A DNA stretch of 28,967 nt from a virus (lineage: Duplodnaviria; Caudoviricetes): positions 1 to 28,967 of the IMG/VR virus record IMGVR_UViG_3300044513_003272. One strand, written 5' to 3'. The position numbers were made by a program, and so were the translations under genes. The notes under the pieces are model-generated. The model was not told the DNA's origin, searched no databases, and saw nothing but the letters and a program-made list of their open reading frames with translations. Of the stretch, positions 1-8,835 are shown one piece after another (positions within the stretch are counted from its first letter, which is position 1; every line of letters starts with the position of its first letter).

Positions 1-1
1 T

Positions 2-790
2 CCATTTAAAAATGAAACAGAATTATATAACGGTTCAACTTGGACAGAATTAAATAATTTAAATACAACTAGAACTTCTTTAGAAGGAGCAGGAGATTCA
101 ACTGCTGCATTAGGTTTTGGAGGATATAATATACCATTTATTGGAGCAACAGAATCTTGGAATGGAACTAGTTGGACAACAGTTCCAGCGACATTAAACA
201 CCGCAAGAGGTAGTGGAGGAGGAGCTGGTGCTCAAACTTCAGCTATTTTTTTTGGTGGTATAGCTCCACCACCATCAGCATATACTTTTAGAGCTGAAAC
301 TGAGCTTTACAATGGAACTAGTTGGACAGAAGTAAACAATTTAAACACTACAAGATATATTTTAGGATCTGCTAAAAATAATGCAGATAATACATCTGCT
401 TTAGGTTATGGAGGAGATACAGGAGCTCCTAATGCAGTGGCAAATACAGAGTCTTGGAATGGAACTAGTTGGACAGAAGTAGCGGATTTAAATACCGCAA
501 GAAATAATTTAGGTGGTGGAGGAAGTGTAACTTCAGCTTTAGGTATAGGCGGGACAATACCTGGTGTAAGTCCAAGAACAGGTGCAACTGAAATTTATAA
601 TGGAACTTCTTGGTCAGAACAAGGTGATTTAAATACTGCAAGAAATCAAATGTCTGGCACAGGAGCAAATAATACTGCTGGATTAGCAGCAGGTGGAGAA
701 CTTGCTTCAGGTTCCCCTGCAGCAACAGCAGCAACAGAAGAATTTACAGGAGCAGGTGCTCCAGTAACTGTTACTTTTACAGACAGTTAA
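2..790 (+). CDS. Kelch-like repeat (beta-propeller) virion/tail-fibre protein, 5'-partial
   Basis: The frame of ORF 437..790 is open back to base 2 (PFKNETELYNGSTWTELNNLNTTR...). It has five repeats of E-x-(Y/W)-N-G-(T/S)-(S/T)-W...L-N-T-x-R...GG with 44-50 aa spacing, a Kelch-like signature. The structural role is inferred from context. Confidence 0.75.
   Translation, partial: PFKNETELYNGSTWTELNNLNTTRTSLEGAGDSTAALGFGGYNIPFIGATESWNGTSWTTVPATLNTARGSGGGAGAQTSAIFFGGIAPPPSAYTFRAETELYNGTSWTEVNNLNTTRYILGSAKNNADNTSALGYGGDTGAPNAVANTESWNGTSWTEVADLNTARNNLGGGGSVTSALGIGGTIPGVSPRTGATEIYNGTSWSEQGDLNTARNQMSGTGANNTAGLAAGGELASGSPAATAATEEFTGAGAPVTVTFTDS
20..645 (+). repeat. Degenerate tandem coding repeat (132-150 nt period)
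   Basis: AATGGAACTAGTTGGACA occurs exactly at 161-178, 311-328 and 458-475, with degenerate copies at about 29 and 599. Confidence 0.85.
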
Positions 791-793
791 GCC

Positions 794-823
794 TTGTAAT
801 ATATTCTAATTAGTATATATATT
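794..823 (+). promoter_or_regulatory. Putative sigma70 promoter for the enzyme cassette
   Basis: TTGTAA (794-799)-N18-TATATT (818-823) in the intergenic gap, with AAGGA SD-like sequence before ATG 846. The AT-rich background lowers specificity. Confidence 0.4.
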
Positions 824-845
824 TCATAAACATAAAGGATTATAG

Positions 846-1529
846 ATGAGCGATAAAAAAGACGTAAAAGATATTATTCAAAAAGAAGAAATTCATTTAA
901 ATAATTTATTAGAGCCACAAGATTTAACCGACTTTAAAGGTATGGTTGATGAGTTAAGAGATACCTGGACTAAAAAACAAATGTTTCGAACAGAAACTGA
1001 AGCAAGATTTTCGGTACTACAGGATAATAGATATCCAACTAAAGCTTCAAAATATTGGCAGTGTGTTCGAGAACAATCATCATACTTAGATAACTTGATG
1101 ACGTTATCTTTTGATTACAGAAGAAATGAAGCAAAAATTACTTGGTTAGAAAAGAAAATTGATAAAGAAGAAGATGAATATAAAAGAACTAAATATGAAA
1201 TAGATTTAGATGAATGTAGATTTGCTAAAGCATCTATGGAAAAAGTTGCAAAACATAGAATGCGAGAAATCAAAATGTGGTCTAAATTGAAAAAAGAATT
1301 TAATGATGGATCATTTAATGATAAAGATGTAAACCAACATCAATTAGAATCTTATGGATTACAGTATTTTGAAAAAGCTAAAACATTAACTGAGAACTCA
1401 TCTGAGTCTGAGAAGTTTAATATCTTAGGTCAATTACAATCGTTGCAAAGAATTAAGAAATCTGGTGAATTAGAAAGTAGTTATAAAGAGCAAGAGCAAC
1501 TAACTCAGGATGATAAGAAAAAAACGTAA
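846..1529 (+). CDS. Hypothetical phage protein, charged coiled-coil
   Basis: 227 aa ORF with an SD-like site and a K/E-rich helical composition. No catalytic motif recognised. Confidence 0.75.
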   Translation: MSDKKDVKDIIQKEEIHLNNLLEPQDLTDFKGMVDELRDTWTKKQMFRTETEARFSVLQDNRYPTKASKYWQCVREQSSYLDNLMTLSFDYRRNEAKITWLEKKIDKEEDEYKRTKYEIDLDECRFAKASMEKVAKHRMREIKMWSKLKKEFNDGSFNDKDVNQHQLESYGLQYFEKAKTLTENSSESEKFNILGQLQSLQRIKKSGELESSYKEQEQLTQDDKKKT

Positions 1530-2289
1530 ATTATTTTTTCTTGTAGCACTACCTAGATCTGGAAATACATTACTAGCATCAATCTTAAATCAAAATCCAG
1601 ACATAGCTGCAACTGCTAATTCGATGACATTAGAAATAATGAAAGAATTATTTCTATTAAAAGAAACCGATGTATTTAAAAATTATCCAGATCATAAATC
1701 ATTAGACAATGTATTAAACACGGTATTTGATAATTACTATAAAGACTGGCCTCAAAGAATTATTGTAGATAGAGGCCCTGTGACGACACCTGGTAATTTT
1801 AATTTAATGCAAAAACATTTTGGCAATCGTTTTAAAGTAATTGTATTAGTTAGAAATTTAATAGATGTACTAGCCTCTTTTGTTAAATGGTTTGAAAATG
1901 AACCGACTGCATATCCAAATAAATTTGGTAAAAATATAGAAGAAAAATTATGGGCTTTAATGCAGGATAATGGATCTATTGCTAAAGAATTAATAGCGAT
2001 ACAAAATGCATTTAATTATAAAGAGTTATGTCATTTTATTAAGTATGATGATTTAGTTAAAAACCCACAACAAACTATTACTAATTTATACCAGTTTTTA
2101 GATGAGCCTTTATATCCACATCAGTTTTCAAACTTGAAACAATTTCAATTAAATGGTATAGGCTATGACGATAAAGAGCTTGGAAATAATTTACATATGA
2201 TACGAACAGAGGTGAGAAAGGAAGACAATCCTTATAAGTCTATGATACCAAAAAGTATAGTAGATGCATATGGACATATTACATTCTAA
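1510..2289 (+). CDS. PAPS-dependent sulfotransferase family protein
   Basis: N-terminal 5'-PSB loop LPRSGNTLL, 3'-PB motif VRNLIDVLASF, and the IKYDDLVKNP...LYQFL motif typical of sulfotransferases. Confidence 0.88.
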   Translation: MIRKKRKLFFLVALPRSGNTLLASILNQNPDIAATANSMTLEIMKELFLLKETDVFKNYPDHKSLDNVLNTVFDNYYKDWPQRIIVDRGPVTTPGNFNLMQKHFGNRFKVIVLVRNLIDVLASFVKWFENEPTAYPNKFGKNIEEKLWALMQDNGSIAKELIAIQNAFNYKELCHFIKYDDLVKNPQQTITNLYQFLDEPLYPHQFSNLKQFQLNGIGYDDKELGNNLHMIRTEVRKEDNPYKSMIPKSIVDAYGHITF

Positions 2290-2939
2290 TGAATTTTGAT
2301 TTTGTATTTCTAGGTCAATCAGTATTAAAGTATCAGGTACCTTTAAATATATTTCATTCAATCAATCATATTTATGAAAGTAATTTTCATAACTTACATC
2401 CTGCTAATAAACAGTTAGTTGGGAAGATACAAAATGAACATTCATTGTTTTATCAAGGCCAGGATGAATCAAAAGTAAAAAGACATAATATATTACCTAG
2501 AGATGTGACTAATTATTTCTTAGAGACCTTTAAACATTATTTAGCATTTAATAAAATAAAAGATTATGAATTACACCTTAATTCTATTTGGGTTAATGAA
2601 ATGAAACAGCACGAGTATAATCCTACACACATTCATCGAGGAACATTGTTTACAGGTCTATCCTCAGTAATGGTTTTAAAATTACCATCTACATATGGAA
2701 TAGAATATTCTAATGACCAAGTTCCACAAAACGGAAGACTTCAAATACTAGGTGCAGCTAATGGTCAGTTTGCAAAAATAGATTATCAGCCACCAATGGA
2801 GTTAAGAGATTTTTATGTATTTCCATATGATATGAGACACTGTGTATATCCATTCAATGGAACAAATGAAACAAGAAGAACGTTAGCTGCAAACTGTGAT
2901 GTGCAATTTGATCCAATTAAAAACAGAGGAGCAATATGA
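2289..2939 (+). CDS. 2OG-Fe(II) oxygenase-like protein (TIGR02466-like, HxH type)
   Basis: WVN...YNPTHIH...LSSV...FPYDMRHCVYPF...RRTLAAN DSBH motifs. TAATG coupling to the upstream gene. Confidence 0.8.
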   Translation: MNFDFVFLGQSVLKYQVPLNIFHSINHIYESNFHNLHPANKQLVGKIQNEHSLFYQGQDESKVKRHNILPRDVTNYFLETFKHYLAFNKIKDYELHLNSIWVNEMKQHEYNPTHIHRGTLFTGLSSVMVLKLPSTYGIEYSNDQVPQNGRLQILGAANGQFAKIDYQPPMELRDFYVFPYDMRHCVYPFNGTNETRRTLAANCDVQFDPIKNRGAI

Positions 2940-3514
2940 TAATTACGGAACCAAAATGGAAATCGTATGTTGTTGAAACAACAGGGCCAATATTTACACC
3001 TGAACAATGTAAAATGATTATTGAAGCAGGAAGATCAGAGCCTAAACAAACTGGACAAATAGGTGGTGGATCTGGTGGTACGGTTGATACTAAAACTAGA
3101 ACTTCACATATTAGTTGGATTCCATTTAAGAAAATGTTGGATATGTATAAAGACATAGAAAAATTAATGCAGAAAACAAATAGAAATCATTTTGGATTTG
3201 ATAATATGCAAATGACAGAAGTCGCACAATATACAGAATATCCTGAAGGTGGATTTTATGATTGGCATATAGATTCAGATATTAATTGTTCACACGAACC
3301 CCCAGTAAGAAAAATATCTATGACTTGTTTATTGTCCCCTGAGTCGGAATTTGAAGGTGGTGATTTAGAAGTTATCTCAGAAGGTAAAGTTGCAAAACTA
3401 AAACAAGGTCAAATTGTTTTCTTTGCATCATTTTTAAGACATAGAGTAAAACCAGTTATTAAAGGAAATAGAAAATCACTCGTAATGTGGTTTGGAGGTA
3501 CACCATTTAAATAA
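2936..3514 (+). CDS. 2OG-Fe(II) oxygenase, prolyl 4-hydroxylase/PKHD-like
   Basis: YDWHID (HxD), RKISMT, FEGGDL, distal HRVKPV and RKSLVMW (2OG-binding RxS). ATGA overlap with the upstream gene. Confidence 0.9.
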   Translation: MIITEPKWKSYVVETTGPIFTPEQCKMIIEAGRSEPKQTGQIGGGSGGTVDTKTRTSHISWIPFKKMLDMYKDIEKLMQKTNRNHFGFDNMQMTEVAQYTEYPEGGFYDWHIDSDINCSHEPPVRKISMTCLLSPESEFEGGDLEVISEGKVAKLKQGQIVFFASFLRHRVKPVIKGNRKSLVMWFGGTPFK

Positions 3515-4104
3515 TGTTTAGAGAACTTCATTTTCCAACACCGATTTATATTGCGGATATAAAACATCCAACTTTAAATAAAGATTTGGAAAGAGATATT
3601 ATGGCTTGGATGAATCAAGATAAAGGTGTAACTAGAACTAATGTAAAAGGTTGGCACTCAACAACAGATATGCACCTAAGACCAGAATATAAAAACTTAG
3701 TAGATATGTTATATGAAGCTCAAAGAACCATTTACGATCAAGAACATTTAGCAAGTGAGCCTTTTTTAGGTAATATGTGGGCCAACGTAAATCCTCCTGG
3801 AGGAATGAATAGAGCGCATCAACATCCAAACTCATTATGGTCTGGTGTCTATTATGTAAAAGCTCCAAAGAATTGTGGACATTTAAAAGTAGATGATCCA
3901 AGATCTTCAGCTTCTATGATACGACCAAAACAAAAACCAGGACAACTACCACCAAGACTCTATAGAGACACGCATTATGAACCTATAGATGGACGATTGA
4001 TTATGTTTCCATCTTGGTTAATGCATTGTGTAGATCCTAATGAATCGAATGAAATTAGAATATCAGTATCATTTAACTTTTTACAGAAAGGTATGTTTGT
4101 ATGA
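3514..4104 (+). CDS. 2OG-Fe(II) oxygenase-like protein, TIGR02466 family
   Basis: WANVN...NRAHQHPNSLWSGVYYV...FPSWLMHCV...RISVSFN. Confidence 0.88.
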   Translation: MFRELHFPTPIYIADIKHPTLNKDLERDIMAWMNQDKGVTRTNVKGWHSTTDMHLRPEYKNLVDMLYEAQRTIYDQEHLASEPFLGNMWANVNPPGGMNRAHQHPNSLWSGVYYVKAPKNCGHLKVDDPRSSASMIRPKQKPGQLPPRLYRDTHYEPIDGRLIMFPSWLMHCVDPNESNEIRISVSFNFLQKGMFV

Positions 4105-4601
4105 TTGAAGATAGAAAACAATTTGGACAATTATTAAAAGATAAACAATTAAATGGTTATGGTGTAGAGCTTGGAGTTGCTACAGGACATTTTTCAAATC
4201 ACATATTAAATACATCATCATTAAAAGTTTTATTTTCAATTGATAGATGGAATGATCATCATACCTATCAAGAGTATGTAAGAGCAGCTAGTATGTTAAG
4301 TCAACATCGAGAAAGAAGTGTCATTTTAAAAATGCCTTTTGAAGAAGCAATACATTTATTTAAAGATGAAATATTTGATTTTATATACATAGATGGTTAT
4401 GCACACACAGGACAAGATGATGGTCGTACCTTAAATGAATGGTGGCCTAAAGTTAAAAAAGGTGGTATATTTGCAGGACACGATTATTCAGTTCAAAGCT
4501 GGCCAAAAACTGTAGAACAAGTAGATAAGTTTGCAGCTAGTAATAATTTAAAATTAGAATTTACAAAAGAAAATTTTGCATCGTGGTATTGTATAAAATG
4601 A
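4101..4601 (+). CDS. Class I SAM-dependent methyltransferase (Methyltransf_24-like)
   Basis: Motif I GVELGVATG, FDFIYIDG.H and GGIFAGHDY. No DPPY/NPPY or PC motif, so not a canonical DNA methyltransferase. Confidence 0.85.
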   Translation: MIEDRKQFGQLLKDKQLNGYGVELGVATGHFSNHILNTSSLKVLFSIDRWNDHHTYQEYVRAASMLSQHRERSVILKMPFEEAIHLFKDEIFDFIYIDGYAHTGQDDGRTLNEWWPKVKKGGIFAGHDYSVQSWPKTVEQVDKFAASNNLKLEFTKENFASWYCIK

Positions 4602-4921
4602 AAGTTCATAAAGATCAAATCGTATTCAGAGAAAAGCATTTACAAACAGAGCAAGGAAGAATGCTTCAAACTAGAAATGAAAAGTGGAAAAAATTAAAAG
4701 CAGATATTGAAAAGAATGGAATTATCAATCCTTTAATATGTACTGAAAAAGATGGTAAATATAGATTGTGTATGGGTATGAGAAGATTTATTGCAGGTTG
4801 TATATTGGGTATAGAAGAGTATAAAATAGAAATTGTGCCTGATGAAGAAGTTGATACATTAATGAATGCAACCAGTAAATATATAACTAAACATAAAGAT
4901 GGAACGGATTTATCATTATGA
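4598..4921 (+). CDS. ParB/sulfiredoxin-like N-terminal domain protein
   Basis: LKADIEKNGIINPLI...YRLCMGMRRFIA matches the ParB/Srx box (GxRR). Start placed at ATG 4598, which forms an ATGA overlap with the upstream stop. Confidence 0.7.
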   Translation: MKVHKDQIVFREKHLQTEQGRMLQTRNEKWKKLKADIEKNGIINPLICTEKDGKYRLCMGMRRFIAGCILGIEEYKIEIVPDEEVDTLMNATSKYITKHKDGTDLSL

Positions 4922-5568
4922 CATTTCAACAACAAAAATATCAAGTCATTAAAAACGCAGCTAGTTATGAACTTGCTAATTTTATTTTAAATTACTTTTT
5001 ACTTAAAAGAGATGCTGTGCATTTTATGTACAAAAATAATATACACTCTCAATCTCCAATATTAGGAACTTGGTCTGATTATCAAATACCAAATACTTTT
5101 TCTTGTTATGGTGATTTTGTAATGGATACATTATTAGTTAAGATGTTACCGGTTATGAAACAACATACTAATTTAGATTTAATTCCAACATACTCTTATG
5201 CAAGAGCATATAAAAGAGGAGATAAATTAAGAAGACATAAAGATAGACCAAGTTGCGAGATATCTTGTACCTTAAACTTAGGTGGAGATCCGTGGCCAAT
5301 ATTTATAGATGGTACTGGTGCAGATTCAGTTATTGATGAATATAAAGAAATACATAAACCAGACGCTCCAAAAGGAACTGAAGTATTACTTGATGTTGGA
5401 GATATGTTAGTGTATTCTGGTTGCGAATTAGAGCATTGGCGAGAACCATTTGAAGGTAATGTATGTGGACAGGTATTCTTGCATTATAACCATGTAAATG
5501 GGCCATTTGCTGAAAAGAATAAGTTTGATGGAAGACCTTTACTTGGGCTTCCTTCTTTTGTAAAATAG
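4918..5568 (+). CDS. 2OG-Fe(II) oxygenase-like protein (HKDRPSCE family)
   Basis: YSYARAY...LRRHKDRPSCEISCTL (HxD), GDMLVYSG...HWRE, QVFLHY: a DSBH oxygenase type common in marine phages. Confidence 0.8.
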   Translation: MTFQQQKYQVIKNAASYELANFILNYFLLKRDAVHFMYKNNIHSQSPILGTWSDYQIPNTFSCYGDFVMDTLLVKMLPVMKQHTNLDLIPTYSYARAYKRGDKLRRHKDRPSCEISCTLNLGGDPWPIFIDGTGADSVIDEYKEIHKPDAPKGTEVLLDVGDMLVYSGCELEHWREPFEGNVCGQVFLHYNHVNGPFAEKNKFDGRPLLGLPSFVK

Positions 5569-5599
5569 TCTAGTTATATACTCAAACACATATTTATTG

Positions 5600-5605
5600 T
5601 AAAAT
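5600..5605 (+). promoter_or_regulatory. Putative -10 element, possibly a leaderless transcript
   Basis: TAAAAT at 5600-5605, 6 nt before ATG 5612, with no SD in the gap. Confidence 0.35.
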
Positions 5606-5611
5606 AAGCTT

Positions 5612-7540
5612 ATGGCTTTAACTAAAATACCATTTCAACCTGGTTTTAATAAACAAATCACAGATACCCAAGCTGAAAATGTATGGGTTAATGGAGATAA
5701 TGTACGTTTTAGATATGGACAACCTGAAAAAATAGGAGGTTGGCTACAAGTAAATGCAGAAACTTTAATAGGTGTTGCACGAGCACAACACGTTTTTAAC
5801 GATTTAGATGGTCGTAAGTATGCAGCAATTGGAACTAATAGATGTTTATATATTTATTATTCTGGTGATTTTTATGATATTACACCGATTGATCCAGATC
5901 GACAACAAACTGGTGCAGATATAACAACTACAAATGGTTCAACAACAGTTACTATTACAACAACAGGAGCACATAATTTAGAAATTGGGGACATTGTTAC
6001 ATTTGAAAATGCAGGTTCATTTACTGGGGGTCAAACAGATTACACAGCAACTGACTTTGATGATGTTTTGTTTGAAGTACAAAGTATACCCACTTCTAGT
6101 ACTTTTACTATTCAAATGCCGACTGCTGAAACAGGAACAGGTGCAACTAATGATGGTACACTAGATCCTTTACCTTATGTTGATATTGGTGGACTTAATC
6201 AAACTTTAGGTTTTGGTTGGGGTGCAGGTCGATGGGGACAATCGACTTGGGGAACTGCAAGACAAAGTTCTAATACTAATATTGATCCTGGTTTTTGGTC
6301 TTTAGATAACTTTGGTCAAATACTTATTGCAACTGTTCATAATGGTAGAAGTTTTAAATGGAGCCCTCTTACAGTAAGTGGGACTGCACTAAATACAAGA
6401 GCTGTTAGTATTCCTAATAATCCAACTAAATCTGTTATGACAATTGTATCAGACAGAGATAGACACCTTATTCATTTAGGAACTGAAACAACAATAGGAA
6501 ATCCTGCAACACAAGATAAAATGTTTATACGGTTTTCTGATCAAGAAGATATAGAGGATTATCAACCAACTTCAGTAAATACTGCAGGTACATTTAGAAT
6601 TGACTCTGGTTCAGATATTAGAGGTGCTGCAAAAGGTAAGGACTATACCTTTATTGGTACAGATACTGCAGCATATATTATGCAGTTTGTTGGTCCACCA
6701 TTTACATTCTCTATTAGACAGATAGGTTCTAACTGTGGAGTCATTGGACAAAACGCAATGGTGTTTGTAGATACAACTGTTTATTGGATGTCTGATGAAG
6801 GAGGGTTTTTTGTCTACGATGGTTCCGTTAAAAAAATGCCATGCCTTGTAGAGGACTTTGTATTTAAAACAACAGGAGACAATCCTGGATTAAACTTTAA
6901 CGCTAGTCAACAAGTATATGCAGCACACAATAGTTTATTTAATGAAATCATTTGGTTTTATCCAGATGCATCTAATCAATTTTCAAATAGAATGGTTGTG
7001 TATAATTATCAAGAGGGAACATGGACAACGGGCACACTTGCAAGAACTTCATACACCGATAAATCTGTATTTGATAAACCTTATGCTACAAAATTTGTTG
7101 AAAATGCAGCACCATCATTTCCTGTAGTTAATGGTATTACATCAAGTCAAGGTAGAACACTTTACTACGAACATGAAACAGGAGTTAATGAAGTCGATGC
7201 TAGTGGTAATAAAACAGCCATAGCAGCATTTATCGAATCTGGAGATTTTGATTTAGATGCACAAGGAGATGGAGAATTTTTCATGAAGATTAGAAGATTT
7301 ATACCTGACTTTAAAGTTTTAAATGGTAATGCTAAAATTACTTTAGATTTAAGAGATTATCCTAGTAATACGGCTAGTTCTTCACCATTAGGACCATTTA
7401 CTATAACATCAAGTACAGATAAAATAGACACACGTGCAAGAGCAAGACTTGCAGCACTTAAAATAGAAAATGATTCAACAGATGAAAACTGGAGATTAGG
7501 TTTATTTAGAGTAGACATACAACCAGATGGTAGAAGATAA
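5612..7540 (+). CDS. Tail/head-closure stabilisation protein (P22 gp10/nozzle-like)
   Basis: 642 aa beta-rich protein with N-terminal NVRFRYGQPEKIGGW, IRFSDQE, and C-terminal WRLG...DIQPDGRR. This pattern is recalled from podovirus tail stabilisation proteins and was not searched. Confidence 0.65.
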   Translation: MALTKIPFQPGFNKQITDTQAENVWVNGDNVRFRYGQPEKIGGWLQVNAETLIGVARAQHVFNDLDGRKYAAIGTNRCLYIYYSGDFYDITPIDPDRQQTGADITTTNGSTTVTITTTGAHNLEIGDIVTFENAGSFTGGQTDYTATDFDDVLFEVQSIPTSSTFTIQMPTAETGTGATNDGTLDPLPYVDIGGLNQTLGFGWGAGRWGQSTWGTARQSSNTNIDPGFWSLDNFGQILIATVHNGRSFKWSPLTVSGTALNTRAVSIPNNPTKSVMTIVSDRDRHLIHLGTETTIGNPATQDKMFIRFSDQEDIEDYQPTSVNTAGTFRIDSGSDIRGAAKGKDYTFIGTDTAAYIMQFVGPPFTFSIRQIGSNCGVIGQNAMVFVDTTVYWMSDEGGFFVYDGSVKKMPCLVEDFVFKTTGDNPGLNFNASQQVYAAHNSLFNEIIWFYPDASNQFSNRMVVYNYQEGTWTTGTLARTSYTDKSVFDKPYATKFVENAAPSFPVVNGITSSQGRTLYYEHETGVNEVDASGNKTAIAAFIESGDFDLDAQGDGEFFMKIRRFIPDFKVLNGNAKITLDLRDYPSNTASSSPLGPFTITSSTDKIDTRARARLAALKIENDSTDENWRLGLFRVDIQPDGRR

Positions 7541-7716
7541 TGGCAAAAATAACAGTATATATCCCAGAACCTAAAGAACAGTATGAAGTTACTAACCAAA
7601 GACAAATTACTGCATCTTTAGAAACATTGAAGAACCAATTAAACTTTGCATTTCAAGAAGAACTAAAACAAGAAGTAGAGAGATTTACTTGGTTTAATAC
7701 AAGGTACGGTTGCTAA
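7540..7716 (+). CDS. Small hypothetical virion protein (58 aa), missed by the ORF track
   Basis: MAKITVYIPEPKEQYEVTNQRQITASLETLKNQLNFAFQEELKQEVERFTWFNTRYGC*, with TAATG coupling at both ends. Confidence 0.75.
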   Translation: MAKITVYIPEPKEQYEVTNQRQITASLETLKNQLNFAFQEELKQEVERFTWFNTRYGC

Positions 7717-8501
7717 TGAGTTGTTTTAATGTAAATAGAGAACTACCTTTTGGTTTAGATGTTGCAGCAGGTAAGATACCTGGTGTTAATGCTCTTTATA
7801 AATTTGGAGATAATGCTGCAATTACTAATGTAGAAGAAACTATTTGGACACAAGGTGGAATTTATGTTTACCCAACTTCAGCGGAAGCAGCTTATATAAG
7901 TTCAACTGATGCAAATGATACTAGTGCTGGAACAGGTGCAAGAACTGTTAAAGTATTTGGACTAAATGCTAGTTGGGAATTACAAGAAGAAACAGTAACT
8001 TTAAATGGTCAAACTCAAGTAAGAATAGGAGCTAGTTTAACTTGGATAAGAATATTCAGAGCTTTTGTAGTAACTGTAGGTTCAGGTGGAACTGCTGCAG
8101 GGGATATTTACATTGGTCAAACAGGTGCATCAGGTGGAGTACCTACTGGTAATATTTATGCAAATTTAAATGAAAGTAATCAAACACAATTAGCTTTATG
8201 GACAGTACCTGCTGGATATACTTTTTATATGGATAAATTAATATTTAGTGTAGCCTTATCTTCTGCTAATAATTACGCAACGGTAAAATTAAATGTTAGA
8301 CCAGATGCTGATTTAGCAACTTCACTATTTAGAACAACAGTTATTCAAACAGTTCAATCAAATCAATTAACTTTAGATTTTGATTATCCAATTGTGTTTA
8401 CAGAAAAAACAGATTTACAATGTAGAGCAGTTACATCTTCTGCATCAGCAACAGCAGGGGTATCTGCATCATTTGAAGGATTATATATATTAAATGGCTA
8501 A
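7716..8501 (+). CDS. Putative virion structural protein (beta-rich)
   Basis: Start at ATG 7716 (TAATG coupling). G/T/A/S-rich beta composition and position in the tail module. Confidence 0.65.
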   Translation: MSCFNVNRELPFGLDVAAGKIPGVNALYKFGDNAAITNVEETIWTQGGIYVYPTSAEAAYISSTDANDTSAGTGARTVKVFGLNASWELQEETVTLNGQTQVRIGASLTWIRIFRAFVVTVGSGGTAAGDIYIGQTGASGGVPTGNIYANLNESNQTQLALWTVPAGYTFYMDKLIFSVALSSANNYATVKLNVRPDADLATSLFRTTVIQTVQSNQLTLDFDYPIVFTEKTDLQCRAVTSSASATAGVSASFEGLYILNG

Positions 8502-8835
8502 CATATATAAAAACGCATTCTTTGCAGGAACTACTACTGCAGCTGTTACCGTATACACAGCACCGGCCAACGGTAGAGGTATAGTTCAGAACATACAAGT
8601 CACTAATCAAGGTGGAAGTAAAATAGTACAAGCAAAGATAAACGATAGCTCTAATTCTAATACTTCTAATTTAATTGCATATGCCTCTATTACTGGGCCT
8701 ACTATTTGTAATATAGCTAAAGGACCTATTATATTAGAAGAGAACGACTCATTGACTTTAGAAACAAATAATACTATTAATGTAAAAGCAGTATGTTCAA
8801 TATTAGAAATTTCTAGAGAAGATCAAAATGGCTAA
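8494..8835 (+). CDS. Small putative virion protein
   Basis: 113 aa beta-sandwich-like ORF overlapping both neighbours by 8 nt. Confidence 0.65.
   Translation: MANIYKNAFFAGTTTAAVTVYTAPANGRGIVQNIQVTNQGGSKIVQAKINDSSNSNTSNLIAYASITGPTICNIAKGPIILEENDSLTLETNNTINVKAVCSILEISREDQNG

Noticed and set aside
20-645. Repeats as a CRISPR array or DGR template/variable pair
   Set aside because: The repeats are in-frame protein repeats with a 132-150 nt period. There is no cas or reverse transcriptase gene and no adenine-specific mismatch pattern was seen.
4101-4601. DNA methyltransferase or restriction-modification system
   Set aside because: It lacks the DPPY/NPPY and PC catalytic motifs and a target-recognition domain, and it matches a small-molecule/glycan O-methyltransferase pattern.
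4598-4921. Plasmid-prophage partition system
   Set aside because: No ParA gene, no HTH domain and no parS-like repeats were seen.
2289-5568. TET/JBP-type DNA base hypermodification cluster
   Set aside because: Not preferred because the oxygenases resemble P4H and TIGR02466 types, no C5-methyltransferase or thymidylate synthase homologue is present, and the context is structural. It is not fully excluded without nucleoside analysis.
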